Source of the DNA: Calditrichia bacterium
GTDB taxonomy: Bacteria > Calditrichota > Calditrichia > JAJRVZ01
Assembly (NCBI GenBank): GCA_963796965.1
Contig: CAWCNS010000003.1
Location: forward strand, 1 to 64,000
Direction of reading: 5' to 3'
Length of the DNA: 64,000 bases
The notes under the pieces are model-generated. The model was not told the origin of the DNA. It ran no database searches and worked only from the letters and a program-made list of their open reading frames with translations. Positions 8,696-18,782 of this stretch are shown here, piece by piece. Both the position numbers and the translations under genes were made by a program. Numbering within the stretch: position 1 is the stretch's first letter; each line of letters opens with the position of its first letter.

Positions 8696-10042
8696 ATGAA
8701 AACGATTATAGAACCTTTCCGAATAAAATCCGTCGAACCAATTCGTATGACTTCCCGCGAGGAGCGAGAAAAATATATCCGCGACGCCCATTACAATCTC
8801 TTTAACCTTAAAAGTAAACATGTTCTGATTGATCTTCTCACCGATAGTGGCACCAGCGCCATGTCATCAAATCAATGGGCTGCCCTCCAGAGCGGCGACG
8901 AAAGTTATGCGGGTAGTGATAGCTATACCCGTTTTTATGACGCTGTTACGGAAATTATGCCCTTCCGACATGTTATCCCCACCCACCAAGGTCGTGCTGC
9001 TGAAAAGATATTATTTACGGTTATTGGTGGTGAGGGAAAACAAATTCCAAACAATACACATTTTGACACAACCCGGGCAAATATTGAATATACGGGAGCG
9101 GTAGCCGTTGATTTGGTGATTGATGAAGGTAAAAATCCCAAGACAATTCATCCATTCAAAGGCAATATCGATACAATTAAATTAGAAAATTTTATAAAAG
9201 ATACCGGTCAGGAAAATATTCCATGTGTTATGTTAACTCTGACTAATAATTCCGGTGGTGGACAGCCTGTTTCAATGCAAAATATTCGTGAGGTGCGAAA
9301 AATATGTGATACATACCAGTTACCTCTTATTTTTGATGCTTGTCGGTTTGCTGAAAATGCCTGGTTTATTAAAATGCGTGAAAAGGAATTTGCCAATAAA
9401 CACGCTAAGGAAATTAGTCAGGAAATATTCTCATATGCAGATGGGTGTACCATGAGCGCCAAAAAAGATGCCCTGGTAAACATTGGTGGATTTCTTTGTT
9501 TAAATGACGATGCCTGGGCTGCTCAGTCACGAAACCTGCTTATCCTGACTGAGGGCTTCCCAACATATGGTGGTTTAGCTGGAAGAGACCTGGATGCATT
9601 AGCCGTTGGGCTTCATGAAATTCTTGAAGAGGATTATTTACATTACCGCATTCGTTCAACAGAATATCTGGGGGAGAAAATTAATACCGCCGGTGTACCT
9701 ATCGTTTTACCCGTTGGTGGTCATGCCGTATATATCGATGCAGCAGAAATGCTTCCTCAAATCCCAAAAACAGCTTTTCCCGGCCAAACATTAGCAGTGG
9801 AATTGTATCTTGCCGGCGGTATTCGTAGTTGTGAAATTGGATCCGTTATGTTTGGGGAAAAAGCACAAATGGAATTGGTGCGATTAGCAATACCCCGCAG
9901 GGTTTATACCCAGAGTCATATAGATTATGTCATTGAAGTTATTGTTAATGTTTATAAGCAAAGAAAGAACCTGCGGGGAATGAATATTATTTATGAACCC
10001 GAGGCACTTAGACATTTTACCTGTCATTTTGAATATATATAG
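8696..10042 (+). CDS. tnaA: Tryptophanase (PLP beta-eliminating lyase)
   Basis: EPFRIKSVEP, DLLTDSGT, GDESYAGS, THQGRAAE, MSAKKD (PLP Lys), GGLAGRD, RLAIPRRVYT, LRHFT; SAKKD and RHFT favour TnaA over tyrosine phenol-lyase. Confidence 0.88.
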   Translation: MKTIIEPFRIKSVEPIRMTSREEREKYIRDAHYNLFNLKSKHVLIDLLTDSGTSAMSSNQWAALQSGDESYAGSDSYTRFYDAVTEIMPFRHVIPTHQGRAAEKILFTVIGGEGKQIPNNTHFDTTRANIEYTGAVAVDLVIDEGKNPKTIHPFKGNIDTIKLENFIKDTGQENIPCVMLTLTNNSGGGQPVSMQNIREVRKICDTYQLPLIFDACRFAENAWFIKMREKEFANKHAKEISQEIFSYADGCTMSAKKDALVNIGGFLCLNDDAWAAQSRNLLILTEGFPTYGGLAGRDLDALAVGLHEILEEDYLHYRIRSTEYLGEKINTAGVPIVLPVGGHAVYIDAAEMLPQIPKTAFPGQTLAVELYLAGGIRSCEIGSVMFGEKAQMELVRLAIPRRVYTQSHIDYVIEVIVNVYKQRKNLRGMNIIYEPEALRHFTCHFEYI

Positions 10043-10155
10043 AATGTTTGGTTTTATTCAGTTCAAGTTATGCGTTTTGTCACAGTATAAAAGTATTAAC
10101 GATGTTATAATTTAGTCGTGATTGTCTGTTCTTATCATTCTACAGGGAAAAAATC

Positions 10156-11391
10156 ATGAAAAAAACCAAGAAAAAATTACAAAACATCATACAACTTGGC
10201 GTAGAGGTTTCTCAAATTGGTGATCTGGATATTCTCCTGGAAAAGATATTAGGTGAATCGCGTAGTTTGGTAAACGCTGATGCCGGATCGATTTATATCA
10301 AAGAAGAGCAAGAACTCAAATTCAGTTATGCGCAAAATGAAACTTTGAGAAAAAAGCTAGGTCCGGGTAAAAAATTAATTTATACGACTTTCAGTATGCC
10401 CATCACCGAAAAATCCATTGCGGGATTTGTAGCCCTGGAAGGAAAAATGCTCAATATTCGGGATGCTTATAAAATTCCCAAAAAAATGCCCTACTCTTTT
10501 AACAGCAGTTATGACAAGTTAGCAGGATATGAGACTCATTCAATGCTCACCGTGCCACTCAAAAATAATCGTGGTGACTGTATAGGTGTTTTGCAATTAA
10601 TAAATGCTCAGGATAAGGATGGCAAGATCATTGCCTTTGATAAAAATGATGAATCCTATATCAAGCCTTTTGCCATGTATGCTGCCGTAGCCATTGAAAG
10701 AGCCCAGTTAACCCGCACGACAATAATGAGAATGATCAGCATGGCAGAATTGAGAGATCCTAAGGAAACAGGTGCACATGTCAACCGGGTGGCCGCCTAT
10801 GCCTTAGAAATATACGAACATTGGGCCCATGAAAAAGGTATCCAAAAAGAGGAAATTGATAAACAGCGTGATGCATTTCGTATGGCCGCCATGCTTCACG
10901 ACGTAGGAAAGGTAGCGATTTCTGATATGATTTTGAAAAAGCCCGGTCGCTTCACTGAAGAGGAATATGAGGTGATGAAACTGCATGCACCAGCCGGTGC
11001 ACGATTATTTAGTGGCGCACGTTCTGACTTTGATTTGATTGCCTCTGAAGTGGCCCTCAGCCATCATGAGCGTTGGGATGGTAAAGGCTATCCGGGTTGG
11101 ATTAATACTGAAACAGGAGATCCAATACCCAAATATAAAAACCGGCGCACAGGAAAAGCCCGAGGGAAAAAGAATGAAGAAATTCCCATTTGGGGACGGA
11201 TTGTGGCACTTGCTGATGTATTTGATGCATTGAGTTCAAATCGTGTCTACAAAGAGGCCTGGACCGAAGAGGATGTTCTCCAAAAAATAAAAGATGACAA
11301 GGGTAAACATTTTGATCCGGAGGTGGTAGATTCATTCTTCGAAGTATATGATCAAATAAAAGCTGTCTCACAGAGATACCCGGATCATTGA
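10156..11391 (+). CDS. GAF + HD-GYP domain protein (putative c-di-GMP phosphodiesterase)
   Basis: GAF (ADAGSIY, SIAGFVA, SMLTVPL..GVLQLIN); RDPKETGAHVNRV, HDVGK, HHERWDGKGYP, ADVFDAL..R.YK. Confidence 0.92.
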   Translation: MKKTKKKLQNIIQLGVEVSQIGDLDILLEKILGESRSLVNADAGSIYIKEEQELKFSYAQNETLRKKLGPGKKLIYTTFSMPITEKSIAGFVALEGKMLNIRDAYKIPKKMPYSFNSSYDKLAGYETHSMLTVPLKNNRGDCIGVLQLINAQDKDGKIIAFDKNDESYIKPFAMYAAVAIERAQLTRTTIMRMISMAELRDPKETGAHVNRVAAYALEIYEHWAHEKGIQKEEIDKQRDAFRMAAMLHDVGKVAISDMILKKPGRFTEEEYEVMKLHAPAGARLFSGARSDFDLIASEVALSHHERWDGKGYPGWINTETGDPIPKYKNRRTGKARGKKNEEIPIWGRIVALADVFDALSSNRVYKEAWTEEDVLQKIKDDKGKHFDPEVVDSFFEVYDQIKAVSQRYPDH

Positions 11392-11808
11392 TCTCTCGCG
11401 GTATAATCTTTAATGTGTAAAATAAAAACTACGGTATTACCCCAGTAAAACCGGACAGACCGGGTGGACATGGCGGACTAAATAGAAACAGTATCTAATT
11501 AAACAAATTAAATATTAAGATTCTTAATTTATATTTCGGTGTTTCTCCATGTTTTTTTTTATTTAGTACATATTGTCGCACTAACCGATAAAGGCTTTCG
11601 CAGGACCCTGCCCCCTTCCCAAAAACCCCGATTAAGGCCTATTCGCCCCTTCCTGGACATGCATTCGGTCTTGCCAAAATAATAAAAATACCAGAATGCG
11701 AATTCATATTTCCCACATTTTAGTTAAAACCATCTTTCAACCTCACTAACTATATGTGATATATAAGTTAAGCACATCACAAAAATGTCAAAAAAAATTG
11801 ATTATCGC

Positions 11809-11876
11809 TTGCATTGAGGGAAAAAATCTTGTAGAATTGTGGGACAATATCCCTTAACGTGGAGCAAAATCCCTAA
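11809..11876 (+). promoter_or_regulatory. dcw/mraZ promoter with GTGG direct repeats (probable MraZ boxes)
   Basis: TTGCAT(11809-14)-17 bp-TAGAAT(11832-37); gtgggacaatatccct and gtggagcaaaatccct repeated 20 bp apart. Confidence 0.7.
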
Positions 11877-11878
11877 TA

Positions 11879-12349
11879 ATGCCAGTTAACGATTTCTCAG
11901 GCGAATATAGATTTACTCTCGATGCTAAAAAACGTATTAGTATCCCGTCCGGCATACGCAAAATGCTGGCCCCGGAATCAGAAGGTTCTTTGGTCTTTAC
12001 CCGAGGATTTGAGGGATGCGTATACGTCTACCCAAATGATGAATGGAAACGACTCACATTAAAATTAAACTCACTCGATAGCTTCGACGTTAAAATCCGT
12101 AATTTTATCCGCATGTTTGTCGGACCGGCTTTTAAAACGATCATGGATAATCAGGGCCGTGTCCTCCTGCCAGATTATATTTTAGAGATGGCCAAAATTC
12201 AAAAAGATATTCTTCTGATCGGTTCACTGAACAAATGGGAATTATGGAGTCCACCGGTCTTTGATCATTATATAAATGAAAACAATCCTTCACTGGAATT
12301 ACTGGCACAGGAAATAAATTTTAGCGCCATATTCAATAATAATGACTGA
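11879..12349 (+). CDS. mraZ: Division/cell wall cluster transcriptional repressor MraZ
   Basis: F.GEY..TLDAKKRISIP, MDNQGRVLLP, WELW; first gene of dcw cluster. Confidence 0.96.
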   Translation: MPVNDFSGEYRFTLDAKKRISIPSGIRKMLAPESEGSLVFTRGFEGCVYVYPNDEWKRLTLKLNSLDSFDVKIRNFIRMFVGPAFKTIMDNQGRVLLPDYILEMAKIQKDILLIGSLNKWELWSPPVFDHYINENNPSLELLAQEINFSAIFNNND

Positions 12350-13277
12350 TCAACCACATTCCTATCATCTGCCTGTACTTCTCAAGGATGTTATAAAATT
12401 TTTAATTAAAGATCCAGAGGGTATTTATTTAGATGGCACTTTAGGTGGCGGTGGTCATGCGGAAGAAATTTTAAAAGACCTTAGTAAAGAGGGTCTCTAT
12501 ATTGGGATTGATCGGGATCCCGAAGCGATTCATTTTGCCAAATCGCGATTAAAAGATTATCCAAATATCAGTCTGCACCAATGCAATTTTGCTGAATTTG
12601 GACATGTAATAGATGATTTAAAATTAAAAGCCGTTGATGGCATTTTACTTGATCTTGGGGTCTCTTCACATCAGATAGATGCGGCGGAACGTGGTTTTTC
12701 ATATATGCAGAATGCTCCACTCGACATGAGAATGGACCAGGAAAACCAACTGACGGCCGGATACCTGCTTAATAATCTGGATGAGAAGGAACTAAGCGAT
12801 ATATTTTATTTATATGGTGAAGAGCGTAAATCCAGACAGATTGCCCGAAGGATAGTTGATTACCGTCAAAACAAAAGTATTGACAGTTCAGAGCAATTGA
12901 GAGAAATAATTGATCGTATTACCCCGGCTCGTTTTGCTGTCAAATCATATGCACGAATCTTTCAGGCCTTAAGAATTGCAGTCAATGAAGAATTAAAAAG
13001 CCTTCAGGAGGGATTAGAAAGTATAACCAAATATTTAAAATCAGGCGGACGGTGTGTGATTATATCCTATCACTCTTTGGAAGACAGGATTGTAAAAAAA
13101 TATTTACGGGGAAAAGCAAATCCATGTACATGTCCACCGGAATTCCCAACATGCGTCTGTGGATTGGAACCGGAACTCAAAATTATCACTTCCAAACCGG
13201 TAAAGGCCTCTGAATCTGAAATTATGGAAAATCCTCGATCCAGAAGTGCCCGTTTGAGAGTGGGAGAAAAATTATGA
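12342..13277 (+). CDS. rsmH: 16S rRNA m4C1402 methyltransferase
   Basis: HLPVL, DGTLGGGGHA, DLGVSSHQID..ERGFS, PLDMRMD, FQALRIAVN, SYHSLEDR, NPRSRSARLR. Confidence 0.98.
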   Translation: MTDQPHSYHLPVLLKDVIKFLIKDPEGIYLDGTLGGGGHAEEILKDLSKEGLYIGIDRDPEAIHFAKSRLKDYPNISLHQCNFAEFGHVIDDLKLKAVDGILLDLGVSSHQIDAAERGFSYMQNAPLDMRMDQENQLTAGYLLNNLDEKELSDIFYLYGEERKSRQIARRIVDYRQNKSIDSSEQLREIIDRITPARFAVKSYARIFQALRIAVNEELKSLQEGLESITKYLKSGGRCVIISYHSLEDRIVKKYLRGKANPCTCPPEFPTCVCGLEPELKIITSKPVKASESEIMENPRSRSARLRVGEKL

Positions 13278-13651
13278 CTCTAAAAAAGAAACAAAATAAT
13301 TCATTGCTAAAGATCGTGCTTTGGCCGTTCAAGTCATACTTAAGAATATTGGCCGTTGTCGTCTTTTTTGGTTTTTACCAATACCAGTCTATTCAGATTG
13401 ATATTCTGGCCCGTGAAATTCGAAGTCTTGAACTTAAACGAAATCAATTAATGAATGGAAATACCGCACTTCGTGTTAAAATTGACCAGCTAACCCACAT
13501 TAATCGTATTGAAAAGATCGCCCGGGAAAAGTTTGATCTGGTATCACCAGGCAAATCCATGGAGAAGCTGGTTATTGCACCTTATACACCAGAACAGGAG
13601 AAAGAACAATCTAAACAGATGGAAAGAGTTAAACTAGCAGGAGTCCATTAA
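13274..13651 (+). CDS. ftsL: Cell division protein FtsL
   Basis: TM followed by coiled coil, RIEKIAREK; position between rsmH and ftsI. Confidence 0.85.
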   Translation: MTLKKKQNNSLLKIVLWPFKSYLRILAVVVFFGFYQYQSIQIDILAREIRSLELKRNQLMNGNTALRVKIDQLTHINRIEKIAREKFDLVSPGKSMEKLVIAPYTPEQEKEQSKQMERVKLAGVH

Positions 13652-13652
13652 G

Positions 13653-15716
13653 TTGCCATCAGGTTCCAGACAAAATATTAACTTTAACCGTATCTATGTT
13701 GTTGTAGTCGGTCTCATCCTTTTTTGGGTTGTTCTAGAAGTACGTTTATTTATCATCCAGGTTGACCGTCATGATTTTTATGTCCGTCATAGTCAATTAC
13801 AATCTGCAAAAAAAATCAATCTGGCAGCAAGACGGGGTATTATTTATGACCGTGCCGGCGAACAGCTGGCCACCAACCTGATTCATTATGATCTCGGTAT
13901 AGATCTGAAAAGAATAAAGAATAAACATAATATTGCGAGGAAGTTTTCTACTGTATTTAGAAAATCAGTTGATCATTACCTGCGCCGCATGAAAAGTAAA
14001 AGCGATTTCGTATATCTTGAGCGAAAAGTCCCGGAATCTCAAATGAGCGGGATAAATGATATTGATGATCCCGGGTTTGTTAAAATTAAAGGCTTCCGTC
14101 GCTTCTATCCTTACGGCAAATATGCCAGTCAGTTATTAGGATTCACAAATATTGATGACAAAGGGATTGCTGGCCTGGAGAAGCAATATGAAAGTCAGCT
14201 TAAAGGTAAAAGTGGCTGGACCTTTCTCCTTGCCGATGCGCGACGCCGATTCGGATACCATGTTGATTTCCCTCAGGTTCTTCCCGAGCCCGGCAATGAT
14301 ATAATTTTAACCATTGACAAAAACATTCAAACAATTGTGGAAGATGAACTTAATCGGGGAATCAAAGACTCAAAAGCAAATTATGGGATAGCGGTTTTGA
14401 TGGATCCCAATACAGGCGAAGTTCTTGCGATGGCAAATGGCCCCGGGTTTGATTTAAATAGACCTGAGAACTCTACAACTGCACACAGACGAAACCGCGC
14501 CATTGCCGATATTTTTGAACCCGGTTCAACCTTTAAGATTTTTCCGGCTGCTATGCTTCTCCAGGAAAATATCAAAAAGCCGAATGACATCGTCTGGTGT
14601 GATAATGGATCATATAAATATCATAGTCATGTGGTTCATGATTCCAAAAAATATGGTTGGCTTTCATTCAACAAAGTTATCGAATTATCATCAAATATTG
14701 GCATGGTAAAACTTTCTGCTGACATTCCAAATAATACGTTTTACCGGTATCTCCGGAATTTTGGTTTTGATTCAAGAACCGATATTAATCTTTCCGGCGA
14801 GGCAAGTGGTATGCTGGCTAAACCCAGCGAGTTCTCAGGTTTATCTAAAGGTGTTATTTCTTTTGGACAGGAAATAGGCGTTACCGCTATTCAGATTCTT
14901 GCCGGATTTTCAGCCGTCGTTAATGGTGGCAATTTGATGCATCCCTACGTTATAAGCAAAATTAGCCATCCGGATGGCTCTGTTCAAGAAGAGTCGGAAC
15001 CACGGATAATCAGACGTGTTATCTCAGAGGAGGTCTCTGGCATCCTTAAAGAATTTATGCTTGAAGCGGTGAGAAGAGGTACAGGTAAAAAAGTGAAAAT
15101 TGATGATGTGTTAATGGGTGGTAAAACAGGTACTGCACAGAAGTATGACTACAAGGCAAAACGCTATAAAAGAGGGGCCTATTTCTCTTCCTTTATCGGA
15201 TTTGCGCCTTATGAATCACCTAAATATGTGTTGGGAATATTTCTAGATGAGCCCCGACCCAGATATTATGGTGGAGATGTAGCCGCTCCGATTTTTTCAA
15301 ATATAATGCAGCGACTTCTAAAATTTGTGCCTTCTCAAGAACGTGGTCCTCAGCTGGCACCACGGATGGTTGATAATAACACCAAAATACCAGACATGAG
15401 AGGTCTTCAATATACGGCTGTAGCAGAATTCTGTAAAATAAATGACCTGCCACTTTTAGTAAAAGGTGAGGGTACACATGTTCTTGCACAAACAAGAACA
15501 AATGATGAAATCGAATTTGTTTTAGGTCAACCTAACATTTATCGCTCGAAGATTCCTAACCTTAAGGGAAAATCCTTAAGGGAAGCATTGAAAATGATTG
15601 ACTTTTCAAAGTTACGTGTAAAAATATCCGGAACAGGTAGAGTTATAAAACAGAGTCAGAAACCTGGTACTCCAATTTCGTCAAACAAAATACTATTATT
15701 AACCTGTTCAGATTAG
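13653..15716 (+). CDS. ftsI: Penicillin-binding protein 3 / FtsI with C-terminal PASTA-like domains
   Basis: RG.IYDR, RFYP, GLEKQYE, EPGSTFK (SxxK), SSNIG (SxN), KTGTAQK. Confidence 0.96.
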   Translation: MPSGSRQNINFNRIYVVVVGLILFWVVLEVRLFIIQVDRHDFYVRHSQLQSAKKINLAARRGIIYDRAGEQLATNLIHYDLGIDLKRIKNKHNIARKFSTVFRKSVDHYLRRMKSKSDFVYLERKVPESQMSGINDIDDPGFVKIKGFRRFYPYGKYASQLLGFTNIDDKGIAGLEKQYESQLKGKSGWTFLLADARRRFGYHVDFPQVLPEPGNDIILTIDKNIQTIVEDELNRGIKDSKANYGIAVLMDPNTGEVLAMANGPGFDLNRPENSTTAHRRNRAIADIFEPGSTFKIFPAAMLLQENIKKPNDIVWCDNGSYKYHSHVVHDSKKYGWLSFNKVIELSSNIGMVKLSADIPNNTFYRYLRNFGFDSRTDINLSGEASGMLAKPSEFSGLSKGVISFGQEIGVTAIQILAGFSAVVNGGNLMHPYVISKISHPDGSVQEESEPRIIRRVISEEVSGILKEFMLEAVRRGTGKKVKIDDVLMGGKTGTAQKYDYKAKRYKRGAYFSSFIGFAPYESPKYVLGIFLDEPRPRYYGGDVAAPIFSNIMQRLLKFVPSQERGPQLAPRMVDNNTKIPDMRGLQYTAVAEFCKINDLPLLVKGEGTHVLAQTRTNDEIEFVLGQPNIYRSKIPNLKGKSLREALKMIDFSKLRVKISGTGRVIKQSQKPGTPISSNKILLLTCSD

Positions 15717-15725
15717 ACTAATTAT

Positions 15726-17177
15726 ATGAAAGAAAAATATCTAACAGATCTGATCACACCAGATCAATGGATTAGTACTGATAATATCGATGATATTATT
15801 ATTAAAAAAATATCCTATAATTCAAAGGAAGTGGAAAAGAATAGTCTGTTTGTTGCAATTAAAGGGTATAAAACAGATGGACATCAATACCTAAAGAATG
15901 CCCAAGAACAGGGTGCCAGTGCCGCGATAGTTGAGACTAAGGATCCTTCTATCGATATGCCTCAGATTGTTGTTAATAATAGCCGGGAGATGATGGCGCA
16001 TCTGGCTGAAAGGTTTTATAGCCCTGAAGTAAAAATGATGCGATTAGCCGGCATTACCGGTACAAATGGAAAAACGACGACATCATATCTTGTACGATCA
16101 GTATTTGAATCTGCAGGATTAAAAAGCGGATTGATAGGTACCATACATTATTTAATTGGCGATAAGAAAATCCAGGCCTGGAACACGACACCTGAATCTG
16201 TTGATCTATTTCGGATGATATATGAAATGTCCCAAAAGGGTCAAAAGGGTTGTGTTTTAGAAGCATCTTCACATGGTTTGGCCCTCCATAGACTAGATCG
16301 ACTGGAACTTGACCTAGCCATTTTTACAAATCTTTCACAGGATCATTTAGATTTTCATCAAAACTTTGAAGAATATTTTTTAGCGAAAAAACAACTGTTC
16401 TCTCACCTGAAACCAGGAGCAAGAGCCGTCATAAACAAGGATGATTCCTATGGTAAACGATTAATCTCAGAGATTAACTTAGATATTATTGATTTTTCCA
16501 TTAGAGAAGATGCAAAAATTCGCGCTTTAAAAAGTGATTCATCCATAAAAGGAACGGAAATTAAAATTGAAACACCCCTGGGTCAGGTTATCATTAAATC
16601 TCCGCTGATTGGAAGTTTTAACGTAGAAAACATTCTTGCCGCTGTGGCCGCCGGAATTGCCATGAATTTTGATTTAGCAACTGTAAAATCAGGCATTGAA
16701 AACGTTTACAATGTTCCAGGACGATTAGAACCTGTCGATGTTGATCCAAACAAGACGATTATTGTTGACTACTCACATACGCCAGATGCATTACAGAAGG
16801 CTTTAATGGTACTAAATCCTTTGACAGCAAAAAAACTTTGGGTCGTTTTCGGCTGTGGGGGCGACCGGGATAAAATGAAAAGACCAATGATGGGTAAAAT
16901 CGCCCAGGAAAATGCAGATCGAATTGTGATAACCTCCGATAATCCAAGGAGTGAATCTCCAGCTGCAATTATTCAGGATATCCTGAATGGCGTTATAAAG
17001 AAAGAAAGTGTTGAGATCGAGGAGGACAGAAGAGAAGCAATATATAAAGCCCTAACAGAATCCGGGCCAGGCGATACTATACTCATAGCCGGAAAAGGTC
17101 ATGAAGATTATCAGGAGATACAGGGGGTAAAATATCCCTTTGACGACCGCCAGATAATCAGGGATTTTGCCGCATGA
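15726..17177 (+). CDS. murE: UDP-MurNAc-tripeptide synthetase (meso-DAP type)
   Basis: GITGTNGKTT, TTPES, EASSH, NLSQDHLDFH, FGCGGDRD, DNPR, AGKGHE. Confidence 0.98.
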   Translation: MKEKYLTDLITPDQWISTDNIDDIIIKKISYNSKEVEKNSLFVAIKGYKTDGHQYLKNAQEQGASAAIVETKDPSIDMPQIVVNNSREMMAHLAERFYSPEVKMMRLAGITGTNGKTTTSYLVRSVFESAGLKSGLIGTIHYLIGDKKIQAWNTTPESVDLFRMIYEMSQKGQKGCVLEASSHGLALHRLDRLELDLAIFTNLSQDHLDFHQNFEEYFLAKKQLFSHLKPGARAVINKDDSYGKRLISEINLDIIDFSIREDAKIRALKSDSSIKGTEIKIETPLGQVIIKSPLIGSFNVENILAAVAAGIAMNFDLATVKSGIENVYNVPGRLEPVDVDPNKTIIVDYSHTPDALQKALMVLNPLTAKKLWVVFGCGGDRDKMKRPMMGKIAQENADRIVITSDNPRSESPAAIIQDILNGVIKKESVEIEEDRREAIYKALTESGPGDTILIAGKGHEDYQEIQGVKYPFDDRQIIRDFAA

Positions 17178-18550
17178 TAACAGTAAACGACTTACACAAT
17201 ATTCCGGGCATTTTAGGTCCATTTCCTGAAATCGATGATATATCAGTATCGACAGTAAATGGTATTTCTATTGACACCCGGACCTTGTTACCCAGAGATA
17301 TATTTTGGGCAATAAGAGGTGAGCTAATGGATGGCCATTCTTTTTTAAGTCAGGCTTCTGATAAAGGTGCTCTTGCAGCGGTTGTTGAAAAGAAAAAATT
17401 AAATTTATTACCAAAAACAGATTTACCTCTGATTATTGTTAAAGACACACTAGAATCACTTCAGGGTTTTGCTGCCTGGCATCGAAGCCGGTTTAATATA
17501 CCAGTTATCGCATTAACCGGAACGAATGGCAAGACGACTACCAAAGAGATGATTGCATGGATACTTCAAACAAAATATAAGGTCCATAAGACAATAGGTA
17601 ATTTAAATAATCATATTGGAACGCCGTTAACATTGCTCAGATTAGATTCTGAGCATGAATTTTCTATTGTTGAGATAGGAACAAATCATCCAGGTGAAAT
17701 AGCAATGTTAAGTTCTCTTGTTCAACCAACGGCCGCCTTGATTACCAACATTGGCAGGGGCCATCTGGAATTTTTCTCAGGTATCAAAGGAGTAGCAAAG
17801 GAAAAATTAAGTTTGTTTAAGTCCCTTAAACGAGGAGGAACTGTATTCCTAAACCGAGATGACAACGAACTTCGTGCAGCGCGAATCCGCAGGAAGAAAT
17901 CCTGGTCTTATAGCTTGAGTGAAAGTAAAAGCAGCCGGATCAGAGGAGAGTTAACAGGCTTAGATGAGAACGGATGCGGTTCCTGGAGACTCAATAATTC
18001 CACACTAATTAATATGCAAGTTCCTGGAATTCAAAATGTCCAGAACGCTCTTGCTGCCAGTGTCGTCTGCCTTTCCATTGGAATCAGTGAAAAAAGAATT
18101 AAAAATTCACTAGAGAAATACACGGCATACGATAAACGCATGCAAATTATTAAAAGTGATCAGACTTTAATTATAAATGACAGTTATAATGCAAACCCTG
18201 ATTCATTTATCCCTGCTTTGGAAACGCTCATATATCTGACCAAAAGTGGAAAAAAAAGAAAAATAGCTGTTATTGGGGACATGCTTGAATTAGGTAATAA
18301 TAGTCAAAATTTACATCGGGAGATTTTTCAGAATCTTATTGATTATGATATTGAAGCGGTATTTACAATTGGCAGTGCATGTAAGGCTGCGGTTGACTTC
18401 TTTAGCCTGAAGGGATTTACCCATTTTTACTCATTCCCAAATCACCGCGATTTGGGATTAACTCTAAAAAAGTACATTAGGAGTGGTGATACAATTCTAA
18501 TAAAAGGTTCACGTGGTATGCAAATGGAGAAAGTACTTGGGCATCTTTAG
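17174..18550 (+). CDS. murF: UDP-MurNAc-pentapeptide synthetase
   Basis: TGTNGKTTTKE, NLNNHIGTPLTL, HPGEI, NDSYNANP, GDMLELG, KGSRGM. Confidence 0.98.
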   Translation: MITVNDLHNIPGILGPFPEIDDISVSTVNGISIDTRTLLPRDIFWAIRGELMDGHSFLSQASDKGALAAVVEKKKLNLLPKTDLPLIIVKDTLESLQGFAAWHRSRFNIPVIALTGTNGKTTTKEMIAWILQTKYKVHKTIGNLNNHIGTPLTLLRLDSEHEFSIVEIGTNHPGEIAMLSSLVQPTAALITNIGRGHLEFFSGIKGVAKEKLSLFKSLKRGGTVFLNRDDNELRAARIRRKKSWSYSLSESKSSRIRGELTGLDENGCGSWRLNNSTLINMQVPGIQNVQNALAASVVCLSIGISEKRIKNSLEKYTAYDKRMQIIKSDQTLIINDSYNANPDSFIPALETLIYLTKSGKKRKIAVIGDMLELGNNSQNLHREIFQNLIDYDIEAVFTIGSACKAAVDFFSLKGFTHFYSFPNHRDLGLTLKKYIRSGDTILIKGSRGMQMEKVLGHL

Positions 18551-18578
18551 CAATTAATATATGCTGAGGAGGGCTGGC

Positions 18579-18719
18579 ATGAAAATTAAGGTGAAAATTA
18601 AAATTTACATGATGGGTAATAACCGCCGGGTCATACAATTGCCCTCGACTTCCCAAAAGACACTCAAATGGGAAGGCAGGAGACGAAATTTCATTTATGT
18701 TGCATGGCGTTCAACTTAA
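18579..18719 (+). CDS. Possible small basic protein (46 aa) between murF and mraY
   Basis: GAGGAGG RBS at 18566-18572; MKIKVKIKIYMMGNNRRVIQLPSTSQKTLKWEGRRRNFIYVAWRST; no family recognised. Confidence 0.35.
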   Translation: MKIKVKIKIYMMGNNRRVIQLPSTSQKTLKWEGRRRNFIYVAWRST

Positions 18720-18782
18720 AAGTTATAAAGACTTTAAGACCCTGATAAGTATTGTTTCTTTTTACAAAAAAATGAAAGAATT

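Noticed and set aside
8696..10042. Tyrosine phenol-lyase assignment
   Set aside because: SAKKD and LRHFT fit tryptophanase better than TPL (SGKKD, LRFFT), though not assayed
11392..11808. RNase P RNA or other ncRNA upstream of mraZ
   Set aside because: No GAGGAAAGTCC signature on either strand and mostly AT-rich; no RNA family recognised
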